Shown here: positions 56,713 to 64,000 of the stretch, piece by piece
Layout of the letters: each line of letters begins with the position of its first letter
How positions within the stretch are numbered: the stretch's first letter is position 1
Source of the DNA: Chthoniobacterales bacterium
GTDB lineage: Bacteria; Verrucomicrobiota; Verrucomicrobiia; Chthoniobacterales; Chthoniobacteraceae
Direction of reading: 5' to 3'
Assembly (NCBI GenBank): GCA_038207335.1
Contig: JBBQZX010000026.1
Span: forward strand, 11,466 to 75,465
Length of the DNA: 64,000 nt
Program-made: the position numbers and the translations under genes
Notes under the pieces: generated by a model
Told to the model about the DNA's origin: nothing
The model's database searches: none
What the model saw: the letters and a program-made list of their open reading frames with translations, nothing else

Positions 56713-58116
56713 ATGCCCAAAGTTTTCCTCAAGACGTACGGCTGCCAGATGAATGAACGCGACTCGGAGCAGGTCGCGCGGATGCTCGTGGAGCGGGGCT
56801 ACGAGATGATTGGGCACGAGCGGGATGCCGATGTCGTGCTGCTGAATACGTGCAGCGTGCGCGACATGGCGGAGCAAAAGGCGCTCGGAAAAATGGGCCT
56901 GCTCGCGCGGATGCGTACTGGGAAGCCGGAGATGGTTTTCGGGCTGCTCGGCTGCATGGCGCAGAGCCGCGGCGCGGAGCTGGTGCGCGATCTCGGGCAC
57001 GTGGATCTGGTCGTCGGCACGCAGAAATTTCACAAGGTCGCGGAGTACGTGGATGAGCTCGTGCGGCGACGGATCGCGGTGCGCGATCAGCTCATGGATG
57101 ACGTGCGATTTTCCATAGTCGATGTGGCGGAGGAAGTGGGCTCGCAGGAGACGATCCGCGAGCATCTGGTGCGCGCGCGGCAGGCCACGGCGTTCGTCTC
57201 GATCATGCAGGGGTGTAATATGCACTGCACGTTTTGCATCGTGCCGAGCACGCGCGGGGCGGAGCGGTCGCGGCGCATCGGCGAGATCGTGAGCGAGGTG
57301 CGCGGGCTGGTGGAGCGCGGGGTGAAGGAGGTGACGCTGCTCGGGCAGATCGTGAATCTTTTCGGGCGGCACGAATTCGAGCACCTCGGCGGCAAAAGCC
57401 CATTCGTGCAGCTTCTTGAGGCGGTGCATGAGGTGGAGGGACTGGAAAGATTGCGCTTCACGTCGCCGCACCCGATCGGGTTTCGCGCGGACCTCGTAAA
57501 CGCTTTCGCCGAGCTTCCGAAGCTCATGCCGCACGTTCATTTGCCGATGCAGTCGGGCTCGAATCGCATCCTGAAAGCCATGCACCGCGCCTACACGGCG
57601 GAAAAATATCTCGCGCTCGTCGAGGCGCTGCGCGCGGCTCGGCCGGACATCGCGATCACCACGGATGTCATCGTGGGATTTCCGGGCGAGACCGATGCGG
57701 ACTACGCCGCGACGCGTGCTCTCGTGGAGCGCATCGGGTTTGATAACGCGTTCATTTTTCGCTACTCGAAACGCCGTGACACGCCGGCCGCCGAGATGGC
57801 GGAACAGGTGAGCGAGGAGGTGAAAGAAGCGCGCAACCAAGACCTCCTGCGGGTCATCGACGCGTCGGCGATTTCAAAAGGCGAGGCGCTCGTGGGGCGG
57901 AGCGTCCAAGTCCTCTGCGAAGGTCCGAGCAAGACGAATCCTGACACGCTCATGGGCCGCACGCCGGGGAACAAAATCGTGATATTCGAGGGCGAAGGGC
58001 CTCACATCGGGAAGCAGATCGACGTGCGAATCGAGCGCTCGAGCGGGTTCAGTCTTTACGGCAAAGTAGAGGCGAATGCCGTGGCACTTCGCGCTGAAGT
58101 TGGGGCTAATTTTTAG
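56713..58116 (+). CDS. miaB: tRNA-2-methylthio-N6-dimethylallyladenosine synthase (radical SAM methylthiotransferase)
   Basis: Trimmed to ATG 56713 (MPKVFLKTYGCQMNERDSE). UPF0004 domain Cys residues, radical-SAM CNMHCTFCIVP, and a C-terminal TRAM domain. Confidence 0.92.
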   Translation: MPKVFLKTYGCQMNERDSEQVARMLVERGYEMIGHERDADVVLLNTCSVRDMAEQKALGKMGLLARMRTGKPEMVFGLLGCMAQSRGAELVRDLGHVDLVVGTQKFHKVAEYVDELVRRRIAVRDQLMDDVRFSIVDVAEEVGSQETIREHLVRARQATAFVSIMQGCNMHCTFCIVPSTRGAERSRRIGEIVSEVRGLVERGVKEVTLLGQIVNLFGRHEFEHLGGKSPFVQLLEAVHEVEGLERLRFTSPHPIGFRADLVNAFAELPKLMPHVHLPMQSGSNRILKAMHRAYTAEKYLALVEALRAARPDIAITTDVIVGFPGETDADYAATRALVERIGFDNAFIFRYSKRRDTPAAEMAEQVSEEVKEARNQDLLRVIDASAISKGEALVGRSVQVLCEGPSKTNPDTLMGRTPGNKIVIFEGEGPHIGKQIDVRIERSSGFSLYGKVEANAVALRAEVGANF

Positions 58117-61100
58117 CGGCGGAGTTCAGTTTGAGCTGATCGTTGAGGTAGGCCTGCAAATAGCGCAGCGGGTGGTCGCGGTCGTTCGATGCGGTTTTCA
58201 GAAACGACTTCAGATGCTGGATCGCTGAGGGGCGCGCGCGCACCGCTTCCAGCACGTCCGCGCGATTTTCCGCCTGCTCCAGCGCAGCGAAGATATTCGT
58301 GAGACGGACGGCAGCTTCGTTTTGCAAGTCCCGCTTCGCGCGGTCGTGCAACTGCGGAATCGTGAGGTCGAGCGCGCCTCCCCAATCGCGCGTGCGCCAG
58401 AGCGTCATCGCGCGCAGATTTCGCGCGTCGGCGGCGTAGCGGCCATCGGGATACTCGCGGTCGTAATCGTCGAGCGCGGCCAGGACGCGCTTCGGATCGA
58501 ACGGCTCGGCCTGATACGACTTTTCGACTATGTCGAAGATGTCGTCCGCCGCGTTCGTTCCGGGCACGGGAATGCCGACTTCGCAAATGTACGGCCGCGA
58601 GAGTGCATGCACGGAGCGGGCGACGACGAACATCGCGGATTCGCGCTTTTTGCTGCGCGGATATTTGCGCAGAAAGTCGCGCGCCATCTTTTCCAGCGTC
58701 GCGTAGTCGCGCGATCTCACCGTGACCTTTGCGCCGTCGCCTTTTGGATCGACGATGTCGGTTTGGAGTTCCGTGCGAGTGCCTGCGACCAGGCCGATGC
58801 GACTGAATTCGAGGTAATCCGCGACCGGCTGCATCGCGGGATTTTTCAACGCCTCGTCGATTTTCGCGCGGATTTCGTCGTCCCGCTTGACGGGCGGTTC
58901 CTGCCGGATGCCGGGCTCTTCCCAGCCGTTGCTCTGCAAAACCATGAACCGAATCTCGAGGTAGATTCGCTGCATCTCGCGGGTCAGATTCGGCTCCGAT
59001 GAGAATTGCGCCAGATCGTCGAGAAAGTTGATTGCCGTCACGTCGCCGATCCAGCTCATCTCGCGCCGGGCCGCGGCGTCGAGATGGCGCACCTCGACCG
59101 CAAACTGTGCAGGCTCGGCGACCTCCGATTTTTTTCGCAGGCCCGAGATCCGCACCCGCAACTCCAAACCGAGTCCCTCTTCGTACGCGTCGACCCCTCC
59201 TCCGAAGGCGCCGTAGTCGGCCCGCGGGTAGCCCATGATGCGGGCATCACGGAGAACGCTTTCATCCCGATAAGGGGCTTCCGGGGTCGGGGCGGGCGGA
59301 AAGCTCCAGTATGCGGCGAGGCGTTTCGCTTCCACCGAATCTGGCGCTTCTTTTTGGAGTCGCGCGAAGATTTCACGCGAGACCGCTTCGCCTTTGATCT
59401 CCCGCGCGCGCTCTTCCGCGTAGTCGGAGGCGCGCGCGATTTTTGGCATCGCCTCCAGCGCTTTCCAGCGCGCCTGCGCGGCCAGCGGCGTGCCGGGATT
59501 TGCGCGCGCCGCCGCCAGCCACCAGCGCGCGGCGTGGCGCAATTCATCGCGCTGCTCCAGCTCCCGATCGATCTCGGAAAGATGAAGGGAGCGGCCATTT
59601 GCGCGGCGGACGAGGCCACTCAGCGGGCGGAAATACGGAATGAGCGCGATCTTCGTCTCGAGCGGCACGCGCAGCACCCTGCCGCGCGCCGCCGCCCAAG
59701 CGTCGCCGAGCCGCATCATTTCCGCCGCCGAACCGGTCGCGAGGGCGGTCAATTTTTCCAACTCCGCCGCCACGAGCGCGAACCTCTCAGGAGGCATGAA
59801 TTTCTTCGCCTCCTCGAAGTTTTCCTGTGCCAGATAGCGCTCCGCGATGATGGCGCGGAGTTCCCGTTTTTCGGCTTCGCCAAAGCCGTCGCGCTCCGAT
59901 GCCGCCGCGAGTTGGGAGAGCGGCGCAAAATTCAAGAGCGTGTCGATCGCGTCCTGAATTTGGTCAATGTTGGCGCCAGTGATGTTCGGGTAGACCGCGC
60001 TCTCCGGAAGGCTCCAATTTGCGGTGCCGCTCGGATATCCAAGCCCGCTCGTGTAGGGAAATTGGGTGATCGCGTGATTCCGGTCGCGACCGTTTTGCAG
60101 CAGGCCCAAGAACTCGATCAGCGCGCCGCCCGCGTCGTGGTCATCCTGCAATGCAAACGCGAGCCGCAGCCGGACTCCGGGGGCGATCGGTGCGTCCGGA
60201 AAATTGCCGAGCAGCTTTCGAAAAGTCGTGATCGCATCCGCGCTCCGGCCCGCGCGTTGCAGGGCTATCCCGCGAACCAGCAGAAGATCGTCGCTGCGCT
60301 CCAGTGCGGCGGGAGCGAGATCGGTCAGTTGCAGCGCTTGCGCTTGATTTCCCTCCGCGCTCGCGGCCTGCGCGAGCAGCGACAGGTAACGCGGCTGCCA
60401 GTCACCATCTTTATACCGCTGCTTCTGCTTCACCACTTCCGCTGCGATCCGTGGCAGGATCGTGCGCCGCCATTTTTTCACATCGAGCGGCCGGTCGTAT
60501 TTGCCGTCGTAGTTGTCCGCCTCGCGCGCGCTGAGCACTAGATACGTGAAGCCCATCGCGATTCGCGGATGCCGCGCGATCTGGGCAAAAGCGGCGCTGC
60601 CTTCCGGCGTAGCCGCGACCGCCGCGAGCGCGCGCTCGCACATGAAAATGGCCGATTTGAGCGTCTCGGGATGCCCCGGCGTTTCCGCTTGAGCGATGTA
60701 GCAGTCGAGCGCGTCCACGTATTTTCCGGCGTCGAATGCAAGCGCGCCGAGCCAACCGAGTGCATCCGACACGAAACGACCGCGCGGGTATTGTTTGCGA
60801 TACCGCTCGAACAGTTCGGTCGCGCGTTTTTGCGCAGCGATCGATTTCTCGTCCGGCGGCGGCGGTTCGCCCAATGTCCAAGTTTTGCGCGTAGCGGAAA
60901 AGGCGCAGCGGGCATCCATGAAGAGCGCGATCTCAGCGCGCGGATGTTTTGGAAATTCGCGCACGACTCGCTGAAACCACTTGCGACACTCCTCGCGATC
61001 GCCCGTGCGGTAGAGTTCCGCGCCGCGCAAATACAGCCAGTGCGCGCGCAGCGGCCCGACCGTTTCGTCGGCGCGCTTTTCGAGATCCATCTCGGCGGCG

Positions 61101-61564
61101 TCAGCGGGCAAAGGTTCCGTGCCGCGCGAGACCGCGAAAAATCGGTCCTTATTTTCGATCCGCCACTTGATGTAATCCGCTGCCGCCTTCCGGTCGTCCG
61201 CGGTGCCGGTGAGCACATCGCGCACATCGTGCAGCAGATTGCACCAGTCGCCCCCGCTCGAGTAGTGCTGGCGCGCCTTCGCCAGCAGTGCGTCCGCTTC
61301 CGGAAGAAGTTGCGCGGGCGATTTGGCTCCCAGCCGATCGGCGATTTCCAGGATTTCTTTTCCAAAATCGGGCGATTCGGAGTCCGCCGGCGTCTCGCCG
61401 GTTTCGAGGAAAATCTCGCCGAGCGATTTGCCGGGGAGGAAGTCCAGCGACTCGCCGACCGTCACCGCTGGTACGTCGAAGTCGTCGCCGCCTGTCGCAA
61501 AAACGTGAACCGGCAACGCTGCCGCCAGCATCGCGAGGAGGATTACTTTTCGAGCGGCGTCCAT
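58106..61564 (-). CDS. Large (1152-aa) secreted helical-repeat protein with BamD/YbgF-like TPR motifs; function unknown
   Basis: Trimmed to ATG 61564 (MDAARKVILLAMLAAALPVHVFA signal peptide). Recurrent motifs (F/Y)P(K/R)....A.(F/L)..A (FPKHPRAEIALFMDA, YPRGRFVSDALGWLGA, YPRSKKRESAMFVVA, YPDGRYAADARNLRA). There is an 11-nt convergent overlap with miaB. Confidence 0.75.
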   Translation of the reverse strand: MDAARKVILLAMLAAALPVHVFATGGDDFDVPAVTVGESLDFLPGKSLGEIFLETGETPADSESPDFGKEILEIADRLGAKSPAQLLPEADALLAKARQHYSSGGDWCNLLHDVRDVLTGTADDRKAAADYIKWRIENKDRFFAVSRGTEPLPADAAEMDLEKRADETVGPLRAHWLYLRGAELYRTGDREECRKWFQRVVREFPKHPRAEIALFMDARCAFSATRKTWTLGEPPPPDEKSIAAQKRATELFERYRKQYPRGRFVSDALGWLGALAFDAGKYVDALDCYIAQAETPGHPETLKSAIFMCERALAAVAATPEGSAAFAQIARHPRIAMGFTYLVLSAREADNYDGKYDRPLDVKKWRRTILPRIAAEVVKQKQRYKDGDWQPRYLSLLAQAASAEGNQAQALQLTDLAPAALERSDDLLLVRGIALQRAGRSADAITTFRKLLGNFPDAPIAPGVRLRLAFALQDDHDAGGALIEFLGLLQNGRDRNHAITQFPYTSGLGYPSGTANWSLPESAVYPNITGANIDQIQDAIDTLLNFAPLSQLAAASERDGFGEAEKRELRAIIAERYLAQENFEEAKKFMPPERFALVAAELEKLTALATGSAAEMMRLGDAWAAARGRVLRVPLETKIALIPYFRPLSGLVRRANGRSLHLSEIDRELEQRDELRHAARWWLAAARANPGTPLAAQARWKALEAMPKIARASDYAEERAREIKGEAVSREIFARLQKEAPDSVEAKRLAAYWSFPPAPTPEAPYRDESVLRDARIMGYPRADYGAFGGGVDAYEEGLGLELRVRISGLRKKSEVAEPAQFAVEVRHLDAAARREMSWIGDVTAINFLDDLAQFSSEPNLTREMQRIYLEIRFMVLQSNGWEEPGIRQEPPVKRDDEIRAKIDEALKNPAMQPVADYLEFSRIGLVAGTRTELQTDIVDPKGDGAKVTVRSRDYATLEKMARDFLRKYPRSKKRESAMFVVARSVHALSRPYICEVGIPVPGTNAADDIFDIVEKSYQAEPFDPKRVLAALDDYDREYPDGRYAADARNLRAMTLWRTRDWGGALDLTIPQLHDRAKRDLQNEAAVRLTNIFAALEQAENRADVLEAVRARPSAIQHLKSFLKTASNDRDHPLRYLQAYLNDQLKLNSAAKN

Positions 61565-62907
61565 TCGTTTTGGTCGGTGCGGAGAATGCGAAAACGAACT
61601 TGCGAAAAATCTGCCCCGGGAGCGAGCCGGATCAACCCGCTTTGCAACGAGCGGCCCGCTCGCAATTGACTGAAGGAAAAGTTGAGGCGTGTAGCGAGGG
61701 GGAGCATGACGGCGCGCACTTGCGCGTCGCGCTCGACCTCGCCCTGCACGCGCCAAAAGTCGCCCTCTTCCGCCTCGCGAAAAATCGGAACGTCCGCCTC
61801 GATTTGCAGGGCGTATCCGGGCGGTGTGGACTCAAAGAGCGGAGCCAGGTCGCCGTCGCCTTCGTTCGTGAGTTCGAACCGGTCGGCGTCGTCTGCTTTC
61901 CTCAAAATGAGCCGCGGCCTCGCGTCGAGATGCTGGAGTTGCCTCAGCGACCAGCCGCTGGTCGCGGACGAATCCGGCAGGCGAAAGAAAACCACCCCGC
62001 CCGCGGAACTCCTGCGCGCCGCGGCGACCAACTCGGCGAGCAAAGCGCGATCTGGCGAGCGCACGACGAGTCGTTGATTTTCGTGGATCGGCGTGTTTCC
62101 GACGCGCGTCCCGGTGCGGGCGCGAAAGACCGTGACGCCGCGCTCCGTGGGCCGCTCCAGCGCGAGCGCTTCATTGAAAGCGACCGCATCCCAATTCCAT
62201 TCGCGGACATTCCCGCGCGATTTTCCATCCGGATCGAACACCGTCAGTCGCGCGAAATTTGGCAGCCCGGCGCGCCATGGCGTCCGGCAGCGAGTCCATT
62301 CCTTCAGCCACGCGCCGCTCCTCTCCGGATCGATCAGCGGCACCGGGAACGCGCCGGCGGCCACCGGATCGGGAGCGAAATCATAGAGCATCGGAAACAG
62401 CTCGGTCACACTTTCGCCGAGTTGCGCGAGAGCGGGTTTGCGAATCCAGCCGGGGAGCGCGGTGATGCTCAAGCCCGGCACGCTTTTTCGCGCCTGCTTC
62501 AAGACCGCCGCATACTCGAGCAGCAGCCGGTCAGGGCAGTCGTAGTCGATCTGCAATCGGCCCCGCCCGCTAGCCGCCCCGGCTACGATTTCGAGCAATG
62601 AACGCGTCGCCTCCGGCGTGAACAGCGCGCGCTCGCGGGACTCCAAGCGCAGGACGGGAACGACCTCGAAACCCGGCGGAGCGGGCAATGAAAACCGCGC
62701 CTTCCACTGCCACGCGCCGCCCGCGTTTTCGAGAGTGCCGAGGTGCCAGTAAAGCGTCCTCACGCCCTGCGTCGAAAGCTCGGCGACGTCGCTTTCCGAG
62801 GGAGTCTCATTGCGCTGCCACGCCCAATAAGCAGTCTCGAATGGAGGTCGCGAACAGCTCGCGAGAAGAAGTGCCAGCGAGAGGATGAGCCGCGCGAGAT
62901 GTTCCAT
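61543..62907 (-). CDS. Lipoprotein of unknown function (possibly DUF3142-like)
   Basis: Trimmed to ATG 62907 (MEHLARLILSLALLLASC lipobox). It overlaps the downstream 1152-aa gene by 22 nt. The family assignment is a weak recollection (AYWAWQRN motif). Confidence 0.65.
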   Translation of the reverse strand: MEHLARLILSLALLLASCSRPPFETAYWAWQRNETPSESDVAELSTQGVRTLYWHLGTLENAGGAWQWKARFSLPAPPGFEVVPVLRLESRERALFTPEATRSLLEIVAGAASGRGRLQIDYDCPDRLLLEYAAVLKQARKSVPGLSITALPGWIRKPALAQLGESVTELFPMLYDFAPDPVAAGAFPVPLIDPERSGAWLKEWTRCRTPWRAGLPNFARLTVFDPDGKSRGNVREWNWDAVAFNEALALERPTERGVTVFRARTGTRVGNTPIHENQRLVVRSPDRALLAELVAAARRSSAGGVVFFRLPDSSATSGWSLRQLQHLDARPRLILRKADDADRFELTNEGDGDLAPLFESTPPGYALQIEADVPIFREAEEGDFWRVQGEVERDAQVRAVMLPLATRLNFSFSQLRAGRSLQSGLIRLAPGADFSQVRFRILRTDQNEWTPLEK

Positions 62908-63137
62908 CTTGGTGATTTTCTGCGACGCACTGCGGAGCTGCATTCCAGCGCCGAGCGCATCCTGAATGTCATCGATCGGATTGGCGACCACCGACGGTAG
63001 CGATGGGCAAAGTAGCGCGCAGCATTCACGCGCCGCAGCCGCTTTCGGGCGAATCATGCAACCGCCAGCGGCGGTCGCGACGATGAGGGAGCGACCTCGG
63101 GTCATCCCAGCTTTCACCGCCACACCGCCACACCGCC

Positions 63138-64000
63138 ATGCCCTCTAAACCGAACGCACCAAAGCCTGCCAAATCAAAACCCGCTCCGACGAAGACTGCG
63201 GAGCTGCATCAAACTGTCGAAAAGCTCGGGGATTCACTGACCACGAATCACGGAATTCCGATCTCCGATAACCAGAACTCGCTCAAGGCTGGCGCACGCG
63301 GGCCGACGTTGATTGAGGATTTCGTGCTGCGAGAAAAGATCACGCACTTCGATCACGAGCGCATTCCGGAGCGGATCGTGCACGCTCGCGGATCGGGCGC
63401 GCACGGATACTTTCAGGCGTACGAGTCGTGCGCGGATATCACGAAGGCGGCATTTTTGCAGGACCCGAAAGTGAAGACCGAAGTCTTCGTGCGAATCTCC
63501 ACGGTGGCGGGCGGCGCGGGCTCGGGAGACTTGGCGCGCGATGTGCGCGGCTTCTCGACGAAGTTTTACACGAGCGAGGGCAATTACGATTTGGTCGGCA
63601 ACAACATTCCGGTTTTCTTCATCCAAGACGCGATGAAATGTCCCGATCTCATCCACTCGGTGAAGATGGAGGCGGATCGCGGCTACCCGCAGGCGGCGTC
63701 GGCGCACGACACGTTTTGGGACTTCGTATCGCTTACGCCGGAGTCGGTTCACATGCTGATGTGGGTGATGTCCGACCGCGCGGTCCCGCGCTCGCTGCGG
63801 ATGATCGAGGGCTTCGGCGTGCATACTTTCCGGCTCGTGAATGCGCAGGGTGAATCGCGCTTCGTGAAGTTCCACTGGCGGCCGAAACTCGGGATGCAAT
63901 CGGTGATCTGGGATGAGGCGGTAAAGATCAACGGGGCCGATTCGGACTTTCATCGGCGCGATCTTTTCGAGGCGATCGAGAAGGGGGATTTTCCCGAATG
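63138..64000 (+). CDS. Catalase (monofunctional heme catalase; 3' end beyond window)
   Basis: Not in the ORF track because there is no stop in the window. My translation gives ...[59 protein letters not shown]...[32 protein letters not shown]...[11 protein letters not shown], which is the classic catalase core. Confidence 0.92.
   Translation, partial: MPSKPNAPKPAKSKPAPTKTAELHQTVEKLGDSLTTNHGIPISDNQNSLKAGARGPTLIEDFVLREKITHFDHERIPERIVHARGSGAHGYFQAYESCADITKAAFLQDPKVKTEVFVRISTVAGGAGSGDLARDVRGFSTKFYTSEGNYDLVGNNIPVFFIQDAMKCPDLIHSVKMEADRGYPQAASAHDTFWDFVSLTPESVHMLMWVMSDRAVPRSLRMIEGFGVHTFRLVNAQGESRFVKFHWRPKLGMQSVIWDEAVKINGADSDFHRRDLFEAIEKGDFPE

Noticed and set aside
59006-62601. Three long + strand ORFs (59006..60541, 60569..61669, 61288..62601)
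   Set aside because: All three are antisense to the 1152-aa helical-repeat gene and the lipoprotein gene, and their composition is Arg-rich.
63234-63953. 239-aa minus-strand ORF
   Set aside because: It is antisense to an unmistakable catalase reading frame.

Overview
High-GC (visibly about 60-65% G+C) bacterial chromosome segment. The gene content suggests a PVC-type organism, probably Verrucomicrobiota: many DUF1080 and xylose-isomerase-like TIM-barrel genes, a giant FG-GAP exoprotein with an 'LETRIAPA' N-terminus, and a Ser/Thr kinase coupled to a 'TRWTLV'-type ECF sigma factor. This taxon call is inference only. I support about 58 protein-coding genes, most of them housekeeping or envelope functions:
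- pyrR-pyrB, mrp/apbC, alr, miaB and a catalase.
- Peptidoglycan turnover enzymes.
- A PAP2-GT39-GT2 glycolipid module.
- A MoxR-DUF58-transglutaminase operon.
- An ABC-F ATPase and a REC-PAS histidine kinase with a standalone response regulator.
- Two DUF1080/TIM-barrel sugar modules.
There is one canonical tRNA-Cys(GCA). I saw no rRNA, CRISPR array or prophage.

The standout region is an AT-richer 2152-bp IS1595-family element at 47464..49615. It has 31-bp imperfect terminal inverted repeats (26/31) and a perfect 8-bp target-site duplication (GCGGTTTT). Besides its transposase it carries about 1.1 kb of cargo. The cargo includes a well-folding 98-nt type-II tRNA-like gene at 48437..48534. 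This gene has a tRNA-Leu-like body (3-bp D stem, 11-nt D loop, discriminator A73), a UGG (proline) anticodon and an oversized 29-nt variable arm. It is therefore a candidate mobile, identity-mismatched (recoding or mistranslating) tRNA.

Many long ORFs in the six-frame track are antisense artefacts of high GC and were rejected. Several track ORFs were trimmed to internal starts that give signal peptides or 4-nt ATGA overlaps.
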